64,000 nucleotides of DNA from the IMG/VR virus record IMGVR_UViG_3300003690_002850, positions 68,285 to 132,284 of that record; one strand, 5' to 3'. The notes under the pieces were generated by a model. The model made no database searches and had not been told where the DNA came from. It saw nothing but the letters and a program-made list of their open reading frames with translations. A program made the position numbers and the translations under genes. This stretch comes from a virus. Below are positions 1 to 9,186 of this stretch, in pieces. Each line of letters opens with the position of its first letter. Within the stretch, counting starts at the first letter, position 1.

Positions 1-2
1 TG

Positions 3-443
3 ATTAATTTGTTCTAAAAACTCTGCACTACCGTCCCAATACCCTGCTTGACTGTCTACAAGAGCGGATCCATGATACACCGTTTCTGCTCCAACAGATT
101 CTGCATATGAACAAGCAATCGATAACATCATCATATTTCTAAATGGCACATAATTAACAGTTTGGGCATCCCCTAGAACATCTTTCGTATGAGCGACTTT
201 AATTTTATTGTTTGTTAAAGAAGAAGTATTAGCAATTTTTTTGAAAAATTGTATATCTAATATTTTGTGTTGTTCAATAGTGTCATAGTTAATTAATTGA
301 AAGCCGGCGCATTGGATTTCTTTACGATGCTTTTGACCATAATCAAAAGTTATTGCATATATTTCTGACGCCGCTCGTGCTACTATGCTTAGTATTACGG
401 AACTATCTAAACCACCTGAAATGGGTACAACAGCTTTACTCAT
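3..443 (-). CDS. queC: 7-cyano-7-deazaguanine synthase QueC (N-terminal part, runs off window)
   Basis: Not in the ORF track. Manual translation gives MSKAVVPISGGLDSSVIL...TFDYGQKHRKE...YVPFRNMMMLSIACSYAE...DSQAGYWDGS, with the SGGLDS PP-loop, YGQ(K/R)H and VPxRN motifs of QueC. ATG at 443 overlaps the end of uvsX. Confidence 0.93.
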   Translation of the reverse strand, partial: MSKAVVPISGGLDSSVILSIVARAASEIYAITFDYGQKHRKEIQCAGFQLINYDTIEQHKILDIQFFKKIANTSSLTNNKIKVAHTKDVLGDAQTVNYVPFRNMMMLSIACSYAESVGAETVYHGSALVDSQAGYWDGSAEFLEQIN

Positions 444-1524
444 CTTCTTGTTCTAATATAGCGGAGTCACCTAATGATTTACCATATCGGTATTGCTCAC
501 TTATAGAACATTCTATCTTAGGTAATATATTATTCCACACTTCCTCGTCTTTGCGCCAATTTTTATAGTATCCTAATTTTTTATCTCCCATGGTATATGT
601 AGAACCATTTTGTTGAATAACTCCATGAGCCACGGCAACATCTTTTAATCCAGAATATTTATCTAAACCTGTTTTAAAGTTTAAATATGCTTCTGCTTGT
701 AAAAATGCAGGGATAAATCTATTCTTTATAGTTAGCATTCGAAGAGTAACTCCCGAATAGTTTCTGCTTTCAGTTAACGCTTCGTCGTCATCGTTTGCTG
801 CGTCTGTTCTTTCTTTTTTAGCAGCCATTTGGACTAATATAGAAGCCATGTACATAGGACCAGATCCCCCAGCTTGGCGCTTGACTAAGGTAGGATGGAG
901 TGCACCAGGGTCAGCATATGTATGATTACTACATATAATAGTTGTACCAGTTACGGCAGCTTTATATGTAATAATACGCATCATGGATTTAAGCTGTTTA
1001 GCTCTGAGCCCCATGTCCATGGCTCCTTTATTAGCCTCAGCGTCAGCAATTTCTTTTGAAGATGCTAAATTTCCAAGAGAATCAATTGATATAATAAATT
1101 TTCCGTGAAGTTCCGGTTCTTCTTCAACACCGTCGAGAAGTGCCATAATTTGATTACGACAGTTTTCAACAGTATCAACAGGAACATATTTTACATTTGA
1201 AACATCTAGGCCTACATTTTCAGCTCCTTCTTTTTCAATTGCGACTTCAGTATCAAATATTACTGGGACCATTCCGGTTTTTTGAGCCTTGGCGAGAATT
1301 TTATTTAAAATAAAAGTCTTACCACATTGAGCTTCACCAGCGAAAATTGTTATTCTACCTTTAGGGACTCCTCCATATAGGGATCCAGATAAAATAGAAT
1401 TTAATACTAAGCACCCTGTATCAATCCACTCAGTTACATTACTAAGTGTGTTTCCTTCAAGAGTAGTCGCATTTTTATTAAGCTTTTGTAATTTAGCAAA
1501 AGCCTTGTCAACAAGATTTGACAT
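436..1524 (-). CDS. uvsX: RecA-like recombinase UvsX
   Basis: IDTGCLVLNSILSGSLYGGVP, Walker A GEAQCGKT, IDSLGNL, DMGLRAK, GGSG and KNRF motifs; next to gp43. Confidence 0.93.
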   Translation of the reverse strand: MSNLVDKAFAKLQKLNKNATTLEGNTLSNVTEWIDTGCLVLNSILSGSLYGGVPKGRITIFAGEAQCGKTFILNKILAKAQKTGMVPVIFDTEVAIEKEGAENVGLDVSNVKYVPVDTVENCRNQIMALLDGVEEEPELHGKFIISIDSLGNLASSKEIADAEANKGAMDMGLRAKQLKSMMRIITYKAAVTGTTIICSNHTYADPGALHPTLVKRQAGGSGPMYMASILVQMAAKKERTDAANDDDEALTESRNYSGVTLRMLTIKNRFIPAFLQAEAYLNFKTGLDKYSGLKDVAVAHGVIQQNGSTYTMGDKKLGYYKNWRKDEEVWNNILPKIECSISEQYRYGKSLGDSAILEQEDE

Positions 1525-1525
1525 A

Positions 1526-1915
1526 TTAATCCCCGGATGATGTATCTCCGGATGATGTATCTTCCTCGAATAATGTTACTTCAGGTATGTCTCCTTCAGA
1601 TAAAGCTACTACAGGAGGCTCTGGGCTCGGCTCTTGTTTAACATTAATTTTAGCATGATAATGTATTAATATTTTATCTGAAATAGTGACTTCTACTTCT
1701 GTATATTGAGAATTAGCATATTTAAAGACAGGAGGTTCGCCGCTAGAAAATTCAGTAAAAAATAATGGCATGACATCGACTTTCATATTTGCAGCATCAT
1801 TCGGTGTTACCATAATCATTGCCGGTGATTTAACTCTTAAAAATGAATCTGCTCGTTCTACTACTTCCCCGAAACAAGTCCTACCTATACTATCAACGTA
1901 TGTAATGATATCCAT
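1526..1915 (-). CDS. hypothetical protein (small gene between gp43 and uvsX)
   Basis: 129-aa ORF with its own sigma70-like promoter, co-oriented with neighbours. Confidence 0.7.
   Translation of the reverse strand: MDIITYVDSIGRTCFGEVVERADSFLRVKSPAMIMVTPNDAANMKVDVMPLFFTEFSSGEPPVFKYANSQYTEVEVTISDKILIHYHAKINVKQEPSPEPPVVALSEGDIPEVTLFEEDTSSGDTSSGD
1533..1562. repeat. 15-bp perfect tandem duplication (CCGGATGATGTATCT x2) encoding the TSSGD-TSSGD C-terminus
   Basis: seen directly at 1533-1547 and 1548-1562. Confidence 0.9.
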
Positions 1916-1949
1916 GTAATTATTATATTATAAGGTTTTTAATTTGCAA
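1916..1949 (-). promoter_or_regulatory. sigma70-like promoter TTGCAA-N16-TATAAT, 6 nt before ATG
   Basis: minus strand reads TTGCAA ATTAAAAACCTTATAA TATAAT AATTAC ATG. Confidence 0.6.
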
Positions 1950-4602
1950 CAGGTACTTTAAAGAAATCAAATAAGTCTGTATTAACAGCTTGTCCTGGTC
2001 GAAATGACTTCCAATTTACATTATCATAAAACCTATCAATAACACTGTATACAATTTTTTCAAACATTTTTTCGTAGTCTATTTTAAAGTCTTGTTCGAA
2101 TTCTGAAGGTATATCATATTTAAACCCTAGCGAATTTAAACCAAATTTGTTAGGGGTTACTGTATAAAAATATCTTATTTTATCACCAGAACTAATATAT
2201 TCATGCTTTTTAGAAATATGATAATGATCTAGAAGCTTGTTGTAATATATAGAGGACTTAACATGAATTGGTGTTCCTTTTTTGACTACCCAGCCTTTAG
2301 TATGTACGCTATATTTTTCATATTCTTTAACACCCATTACAAATGCAATATCTTTTATAGATAATGACTTAAAAATTTCATATGTCTCTTCGAAGATTTC
2401 ATTTGTAGTATTTTGATTCTCAGTCATAATCATATGCTCAATGATCTTTTTCACATATGGTTTAATCGCATTAGGCATAGTGGTTCGAACCACTTCTACA
2501 CCGGTATATTTGAACTTATTACATACTACTCCTTCATCGTCTAATTTGTGTAACACATATCGTTTCTTTTGTAAGAATACTCCTCTATCACAAATAGACT
2601 CTCTTTTAAATTCAAATCTAGGATCATTAGTTAATAGGGTTTGTCGTGCCCATTTTTCAATATTTACGTTTAAATCGTCTTCTATATCTTGAACAAGAGT
2701 ATATACTTTTTCGTTAATATTATTATTTGTATGTAACGGAATACCCATGTGTTCTAATAATGGAGTGATCGTACAATATAAACTATCTGTGTCATTATAG
2801 AGGATTGGATCGTGTTTTTCGAGGTCTTTATCAGTTAAATTAGTTTTTCTTTTAATATAATTTCTTAAAATAATATTGCTTTGTTTTATAACATCTCTTC
2901 CTGTCAGAGTAATTGATCGTGCAATATCGCCGTCGGCCATAGCGGATATTTTATTGCCAAAATAACCATAAATGCGGTTAATAAGGATTTTTAACGTAAA
3001 TTGCCAAATCCAAAGTTGATCAATTTTGAACTGAATGTCTTTGATTTTTTTCTGTAATGCTGCTATTTTATCTTTATCTTTCTCCTTCTTAAGCTTTATT
3101 GATAACTGGTGTTTTTGTTCACGAGCTTCGGTCCATTGTTGTTTTTTACCTTTTCTTATATTATAGAAATGATCAGTGATTCGCGGAAAAATTCCTTTGG
3201 TTTTTTGTGAAAAAAGTTTTTTGGCTCTTGTTACTGCAATTTCATTCTTAGTACACCATTTGTTAAAGTCCCCATAAGACATCTCAATATCCTTGTTATT
3301 TACCGTCTTTATATATACTTTATCTTTATCTTTATCAGTACCGACGATGCTTCCTATTTTAGTTTCTGGGCTCAAGTTAAGAGATATCATCACACTAGGG
3401 TATAGAGAATTAGCATCAAATGATATAATATTCTCTTGGAAACCGGGTGTTGGCTCACTTACATATGCACCTTCGTATTTGCCGGTACGGTCGTCACCTT
3501 TTATAAAAGTTGGAATGATACGAGGTGGGTCTAACTTTCTTGCTTCAACAATTGCACGACCGTTTACTGTACTAATAGTACCAAGAGCCGCGTTAAATGG
3601 GGTTAATCCTATGTATGATAACATTCTTGCCAGGTCCATGTACATAAGCTTAGCTTCAAGTTTAACCAGCAGCCTTACATCATGAATATTGTAGTCTACA
3701 AACTTGTCCCAATCATTGATAGACAGCGTTGCAAGGTTAGTTTCTCCTATATCTACCTTGTTCTCTCCTAGTTCTATGTGAGCTATGTTATCTAGCTTAT
3801 AACTGTCTTTCATGCCCAGACTGAAGGTTTTATACACATCAAGATAATCTAGCATTGATACCCCTTCAACCACGTATTTTGATGTTTGTCTACCAAAATT
3901 ACCACGATACACTCGTTGGTAGATTGGCTTCATGATCTCATCATGTACGGGTGAAAATAACCGAGTTGAGTCTTCGCCTAGTATGTTTCTAACTCGGTTA
4001 ATTACATACGGAATATCGAAAACCTCACTTGCCCACCCAGATAAAATATCAGGTCGCTCTTTGCAATAAAAGTCTAAAAATTTCCGTAATAACTCGGTTT
4101 CGGTCTTACAATGAACATATTTTACGTCATCTGATTTTGGTTTATATTCATTAATCCCCCATGTAAAGTACATTTTTTCTACAGTATCATACACTGTGAT
4201 TACGTTAATAGGATGACTTGCTTCTTCTGGTTTTGGAAACTCATCAGGGGAATATGTTTCAATATCAAAGAACCAAATTTTTAGTGGAAATTTATTAAAA
4301 TTATCGTTTTCATGTACTTCCCAAAACCTATCAACTAAAAATTGTTGATAGGGAGAAATATTCTCATAAATTTTATGATCATTGAGGTCACTAATTTTTT
4401 TTCTTCTATCTAATTCGCTTGTTGCTGTAACTTTACGAAGTTTTGTACCATATAACGATGTTCCGTCATATCTATTTGAGTTCGTCTCATAGTAGAAATA
4501 TGGCTGATAAGGGCAATCAGTTTCGATTCTAACACCGTCTTCGTCCCATGTATACAGCCGCATCACACGTTGATTTGGTATGTATGCTAAGTTTCTATAC
4601 AT
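1939..4602 (-). CDS. gp43: family B DNA polymerase (T4 gp43-like)
   Basis: exonuclease motifs DIET, FDIPY, YNIHD; polymerase motifs DANSLYPS, KILINRIYG, YNDTDS, KKRY, KYTGVE. Confidence 0.97.
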   Translation of the reverse strand: MYRNLAYIPNQRVMRLYTWDEDGVRIETDCPYQPYFYYETNSNRYDGTSLYGTKLRKVTATSELDRRKKISDLNDHKIYENISPYQQFLVDRFWEVHENDNFNKFPLKIWFFDIETYSPDEFPKPEEASHPINVITVYDTVEKMYFTWGINEYKPKSDDVKYVHCKTETELLRKFLDFYCKERPDILSGWASEVFDIPYVINRVRNILGEDSTRLFSPVHDEIMKPIYQRVYRGNFGRQTSKYVVEGVSMLDYLDVYKTFSLGMKDSYKLDNIAHIELGENKVDIGETNLATLSINDWDKFVDYNIHDVRLLVKLEAKLMYMDLARMLSYIGLTPFNAALGTISTVNGRAIVEARKLDPPRIIPTFIKGDDRTGKYEGAYVSEPTPGFQENIISFDANSLYPSVMISLNLSPETKIGSIVGTDKDKDKVYIKTVNNKDIEMSYGDFNKWCTKNEIAVTRAKKLFSQKTKGIFPRITDHFYNIRKGKKQQWTEAREQKHQLSIKLKKEKDKDKIAALQKKIKDIQFKIDQLWIWQFTLKILINRIYGYFGNKISAMADGDIARSITLTGRDVIKQSNIILRNYIKRKTNLTDKDLEKHDPILYNDTDSLYCTITPLLEHMGIPLHTNNNINEKVYTLVQDIEDDLNVNIEKWARQTLLTNDPRFEFKRESICDRGVFLQKKRYVLHKLDDEGVVCNKFKYTGVEVVRTTMPNAIKPYVKKIIEHMIMTENQNTTNEIFEETYEIFKSLSIKDIAFVMGVKEYEKYSVHTKGWVVKKGTPIHVKSSIYYNKLLDHYHISKKHEYISSGDKIRYFYTVTPNKFGLNSLGFKYDIPSEFEQDFKIDYEKMFEKIVYSVIDRFYDNVNWKSFRPGQAVNTDLFDFFKVPVAN

Positions 4603-4637
4603 TTTTTATAGTATAGGGAATCTAGAAAATAAATCAA
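4603..4637 (-). promoter_or_regulatory. sigma70-like promoter TTGATT-N16-TATACT, 7 nt before gp43 ATG
   Basis: minus strand reads TTGATT TATTTTCTAGATTCCC TATACT ATAAAAA ATG. Confidence 0.6.
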
Positions 4638-5860
4638 CTAATTCCGTTTAAGCGATTAAGATTTTTTCTTTTTGGATGACCGTATGGGAATGAATATAAT
4701 TCAGTGTAAAAGTTAATATTATCTTCCATCCATCGAGACTTCATATAATCTCGAGCTCGTTTTACTTCTTTTGTATATTTTTTATAATCGTTAGTTAGAT
4801 ATTCTATTTTGCTTACTAAATCATCTCCAGTTTTAAACTTATGAAACGCAGTACTATACGTACATAAATCTTGACAAATAGTCGGAATACCTAATGCACA
4901 TCCTTCAATAAATTTTAAATCACTCTTTGCTTTATTAAAATTACTATCTTCTAATGGAGCATAAAACACTGTAGGATTCATCCTGTTTATATATTCAGGA
5001 TAATCTACTAAATTAGTCCATTCGTGATATTCGATCTTTTTTTGTTGAATTAAATCTCTTAAAGTTAATGGAAAACCACCTACGAATACCCATTGAAATT
5101 TATCTACTGTTTTTCTTATTGTATCATTAATGTGATAAAAATCATCCTTTTGTTTAATTCTATTTTCAATATCAAAATGTGCACCGCTCCCGCAATAAAC
5201 TACTCGAGGTCTCTTTTTATTTCTCTGATAATTATCTTTAACTTTTGCCAGGTCAAAATATCTATCCATCCAAAGTTTTGGAATAAAATTAGGTACTACT
5301 GTTACATGCTTGTTGCCAGTTTTTTCAATATAATAATCTTGCATGAATTTATTAGTTACAGTAATTTCATCGCATAACTGCATGATCTCCATACTTGTTT
5401 GTCTTATCTTTGGATCCTCGAATGCAAATCTAAATTTATTATAATGAGGTATATCTTCTTTAAATATTATATCGTCTATTTCATATATAATTTTAAAATT
5501 AAGTTCTTTAGATAGTTCACTTAACCACTTTATATAATTTGCTTGAGATTCAGTTGCTTGTCGTTGAATTCGAACTGTTTTAACTCCCTGGTAAAAGTTC
5601 TTATCTCCAATCATTACAGTACCACCTTGTATGTTTGCTTTACCGTAGCAATTAAGTAATAACTCTGGCCAGATCATTCTCCAGTGTCCACACCCTGAAT
5701 AGTCTGCGTAAAAGTTTAAACCTCGAGGTAGATCTGGCGCTTGATGGCTAGATTTTCCGGTCATGGTTTGATGCGCTGGTCGTGGTAAGGTGAGAGCTGG
5801 ATTCCCGATTAGTGGGGGAGCAAATGGGAGTCGATTGATATGATGAAAGGGTGTGATCAC
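4634..5860 (-). CDS. GT-B (GT4-like) glycosyltransferase in the replication operon
   Basis: N-terminal SGCGHWRMIWP, YEIDD, CDEITVT; C-terminal APLEDSNFNKAKSDLKFIEGCALGIP typical of GT4-like donor-binding domains. Confidence 0.75.
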   Translation of the reverse strand: MITPFHHINRLPFAPPLIGNPALTLPRPAHQTMTGKSSHQAPDLPRGLNFYADYSGCGHWRMIWPELLLNCYGKANIQGGTVMIGDKNFYQGVKTVRIQRQATESQANYIKWLSELSKELNFKIIYEIDDIIFKEDIPHYNKFRFAFEDPKIRQTSMEIMQLCDEITVTNKFMQDYYIEKTGNKHVTVVPNFIPKLWMDRYFDLAKVKDNYQRNKKRPRVVYCGSGAHFDIENRIKQKDDFYHINDTIRKTVDKFQWVFVGGFPLTLRDLIQQKKIEYHEWTNLVDYPEYINRMNPTVFYAPLEDSNFNKAKSDLKFIEGCALGIPTICQDLCTYSTAFHKFKTGDDLVSKIEYLTNDYKKYTKEVKRARDYMKSRWMEDNINFYTELYSFPYGHPKRKNLNRLNGIS

Positions 5861-5875
5861 TATATAGATTTATTG

Positions 5876-7696
5876 CTAATTATTAGATAAATCCACACGA
5901 GTAGTAATACTATTCTTCTTTTCTAGAATAATAACTTCACCAGAGGCAGCTTTAACTGATTCTTTTCTATGAGAAATAACATATATACTCTCATTATGCT
6001 CATCGACTCGTTCTTTAATTATATTTAACACTAATTCTACTCCCTTTTCATCTAATGAACTATCTAACAGTTCATCAAACATTAATAAATTATATGCTAC
6101 GTCACCTTGTAGTCTTCTCATGTCTATAAATGTAAACAGAATAGCAAGATCTATATTCTTTCTCTCTGCGCCGGAAAAATTAAAATAAGAGCATTCTTCG
6201 TTTTTTTCATTTACGATCTCTTCTTCAAAATATTCATTAAACCTACAAATACAATTTGCATCCATTTTTTGTAAATAGTATAATAAACGTTTATTTAAAA
6301 CATCTAAAATCTTTTTTACGATAAATGATTTTACACCTTCTTCTGATAAGATGTATTTTACTACTTCTAAAATTTCTAAATCTGAATGTATATTGTCTGA
6401 TGTTTCTTGTAATTCATTTACTTCTTTTATTTTAACTTTTAATTTATTATCTAGTTCATTTACTTCTAAATTAGTTTCTTTTTTTATTACTTCTTGTAAT
6501 TCATTTTTATTTTTATTAAGATCATTTTTAAGACTATCAATATATGCAGCGGTTATTTTATTATTATTATGAACTGTTTTTACGGTGGAGACGTAGTTGT
6601 TAAGTTGCGATTCCGCCGTAATACTATTTTCTTTTAAATTAATAATGTTTTTTTGTTGTTGTAATAAACTTTCAATATCTTGTTCGCAATTATCAATATC
6701 TTTTTTAATTTTATCTTTCTCTTGTTCTATATGATCTCTATCTTTGCTTGTAATTTGTCGTAGGCATATTGGACAATTATCATCATCTGTACCAATATTT
6801 GAGGTTTGTTTATTATAGAATTTTATTTCAGTTTGATGTTCTGTAATTTTATTTGAAGTAGTATCTAGCTGGGTTTGTATATCTTTTAATTTATTTTTTA
6901 TAAAATCTAATTTTTCTTTACTTTTATTATATAAATCTTTGTTTATATTTTTAATTTTTGTTTTGTTTTGTTCTATATCTTTGTTTATAATTTTTATTCT
7001 ATCATTAATTTTATCTTTTTGTTCAATAATGTTAGTTAAAATTTTATCTTTTTGATCTTGAAGAAGCTTAAAAATATTAGTTGCATGGTCAAAATCTTTT
7101 GTAATATGTTCATACTTTTTTTGTACATTGTTATATTCAGATCGAGCACTTAAAAGCATCTCAGAAAATATTTCTAAATTTAAAATACCTTCAATAAATT
7201 TTCTTTTTTCAACCTTTTTTTGTGCCATAAAAGGTAATGTAGTGTTAAGCGACATTATAACACAATTTTGAAAAACTTCCGGTGAACAGCTAAGTATACT
7301 CTTTATTTTTTTACTAGTATTAGGTATAGTGCTTTCAGTTACGTCTGTATCATTAATATACAGGTAACACTTTGTAGGTTTTAGCTTACGTACAATTCGA
7401 TAATTATTTGTTTTATTATTTTCATTTATTGAAAAATGTAACTCTACATATGTATTTTTTTTGTTTACAGAATTTACAATAAAATCTTTTGAGACCTCTC
7501 GTATTGTTTCACCAAAAATAGCAAAATGTATAGCATCGGCAATCGTCGACTTACCAACACCGTTTCTTCTATCTTCTTTATCTCTATTAACACCAGTGAT
7601 TATGTTTAATCCTGTTTGAAAATTAATTTCAATTGGCTTTTTACCTACTGATAGAAAGTTACTAATTTTTATTGTGTTAAAATTTATATACTTCAT
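5876..7696 (-). CDS. gp46: recombination endonuclease ATPase subunit (gp46/SbcC-Rad50-like)
   Basis: NFLSVG, Walker A NGVGKST, coiled coil with CPIC zinc hook, signature FSGAE, Walker B LLMFDE, ISH. Confidence 0.95.
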   Translation of the reverse strand: MKYINFNTIKISNFLSVGKKPIEINFQTGLNIITGVNRDKEDRRNGVGKSTIADAIHFAIFGETIREVSKDFIVNSVNKKNTYVELHFSINENNKTNNYRIVRKLKPTKCYLYINDTDVTESTIPNTSKKIKSILSCSPEVFQNCVIMSLNTTLPFMAQKKVEKRKFIEGILNLEIFSEMLLSARSEYNNVQKKYEHITKDFDHATNIFKLLQDQKDKILTNIIEQKDKINDRIKIINKDIEQNKTKIKNINKDLYNKSKEKLDFIKNKLKDIQTQLDTTSNKITEHQTEIKFYNKQTSNIGTDDDNCPICLRQITSKDRDHIEQEKDKIKKDIDNCEQDIESLLQQQKNIINLKENSITAESQLNNYVSTVKTVHNNNKITAAYIDSLKNDLNKNKNELQEVIKKETNLEVNELDNKLKVKIKEVNELQETSDNIHSDLEILEVVKYILSEEGVKSFIVKKILDVLNKRLLYYLQKMDANCICRFNEYFEEEIVNEKNEECSYFNFSGAERKNIDLAILFTFIDMRRLQGDVAYNLLMFDELLDSSLDEKGVELVLNIIKERVDEHNESIYVISHRKESVKAASGEVIILEKKNSITTRVDLSNN

Positions 7697-7699
7697 ACA

Positions 7700-8746
7700 C
7701 TATGAAAACTGATTATATAAATGCACAGTTTTGTTTATTACTTTTTCTTTATTATCTATATCTAAAGAGTCTACATATTCTATAATACATTGCTTGACAT
7801 TCAAGTCGCCGAGTTCGTTTGTTAGTTCAATATTATCGCCAATATTAAATTTCTGTAAATAATCTGTTACTAAAGAAAATGGTGCTTCAAAATTTATAGA
7901 TGCAATTATTTTATCGATTAAATTTGTTTTTATATCTTTATCTATAATAATTTTTATAGCTAACTTGGCCCAACCTATTTTTTTTGCTATAGCTTTTAAT
8001 TTTTCAAGTTCACTTAAGTTTACTTTTACATGTATGGGGGATATTTTGTTATCGATAAAGGTATATTTTATGTTTTGTTCATTAAAATCAAATATATAAA
8101 ACCCTTTCTGATCCTGAATGTCATTAAAGTCCATTTGAAATGGGTTTCCAACATAAATTATCTCTCCATTTGAGTATTTCCGGCGTTGTCGTTTATGGAA
8201 ATGACCAGATACTATGAGTTTAGACTTCATAAGTAAGTCGCATGACTGAATACCTGCCTCACATACCTTAAAACTATTAAAATTAAAATTTTCAATTTCA
8301 AAATGCCCAACTAATAAGTCACATTCTGGAATTTTATCTATATTTGTACCCCACGGACAGAAGCCAACCTGCTTATTAAAGATGGTTTGTACGATTGGCT
8401 TATCAAGGATGGTAATATTTTTTCTATTATTTAAAATAGATAATGAATGTACGTTAGAATTGTCCTTATAATAAGCGTCATGATTACCGGGAATCATAAT
8501 TATTTCAAACTCATTAAATAAGTCTAATACATCATTAGCAAAATGTAGAGATTTTACATTTATTTCATCTCGATAATGAAAAAAGTCACCTCCAAAAAAC
8601 AAATTAGTAATATTTTGTTCTTTTAGTTCGTTTGTGAACCATTTTGCCCATTCTAAAGTAACATCATGCCACTTTTCACTATTTTGATGTATGCCAATAT
8701 GTAAATCAGAAAAGAATCCGATTTTTTGATTGTTTTCGGCTACCAT
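7700..8746 (-). CDS. gp47: recombination endonuclease nuclease subunit (gp47/Mre11-like)
   Basis: metallophosphoesterase motifs SDLHIG, GGDFFH, PGNHD, GHFE, SGHFH; adjacent to gp46. Confidence 0.95.
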   Translation of the reverse strand: MVAENNQKIGFFSDLHIGIHQNSEKWHDVTLEWAKWFTNELKEQNITNLFFGGDFFHYRDEINVKSLHFANDVLDLFNEFEIIMIPGNHDAYYKDNSNVHSLSILNNRKNITILDKPIVQTIFNKQVGFCPWGTNIDKIPECDLLVGHFEIENFNFNSFKVCEAGIQSCDLLMKSKLIVSGHFHKRQRRKYSNGEIIYVGNPFQMDFNDIQDQKGFYIFDFNEQNIKYTFIDNKISPIHVKVNLSELEKLKAIAKKIGWAKLAIKIIIDKDIKTNLIDKIIASINFEAPFSLVTDYLQKFNIGDNIELTNELGDLNVKQCIIEYVDSLDIDNKEKVINKTVHLYNQFS

Positions 8747-9186
8747 TATGTATATAATTCTCGGTCGTAGTCTTTAACTGGTTGCCTATTTACTATTTCT
8801 TCATCTCGAGCTAGCTGTCCGTATACTTGTTCTTGATAATCACTAATTGTGTCTCTGTATTTCTTTTCTTTCTTTATTCTATTAATAAATGCATGATAGG
8901 CAATAGTAGTAAAATATGAAAATGGATTTGATGGAGAATCTATTCTAAATTTTTTGTTGTTTACTGCTGCTATCATTTTTACAACAGCATCACCAATCAT
9001 TTCATCTTTATAGCTATAATTTATAAAGTTAGGAGAATAACTTAAACCAACAGCAATTTTATAAACAGACATAGCTAAATCATCGATTAAGTCATCTGTT
9101 TTATAATAATCTGTTAATTGTTGTAAAAATTCCTTCGGATTAACGTAATATGTTTTTTTATTTTTCTTTTTTGTTTTTGGTTTCAT
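8746..9186 (-). CDS. gp55: late transcription sigma factor (gp55-like)
   Basis: YVNPKEF, GLSYSPNFINYSYKDEMIGDA and NPFSYFTTIAYHAFINRIKKEKK match T4 gp55 motifs. Confidence 0.93.
   Translation of the reverse strand: MKPKTKKKNKKTYYVNPKEFLQQLTDYYKTDDLIDDLAMSVYKIAVGLSYSPNFINYSYKDEMIGDAVVKMIAAVNNKKFRIDSPSNPFSYFTTIAYHAFINRIKKEKKYRDTISDYQEQVYGQLARDEEIVNRQPVKDYDRELYT

Noticed and set aside
1939-4602. Intein or intron in the DNA polymerase
   Set aside because: 887 aa is normal gp43 length; no intein splice motifs or homing endonuclease; the extra segment is a charged fingers extension
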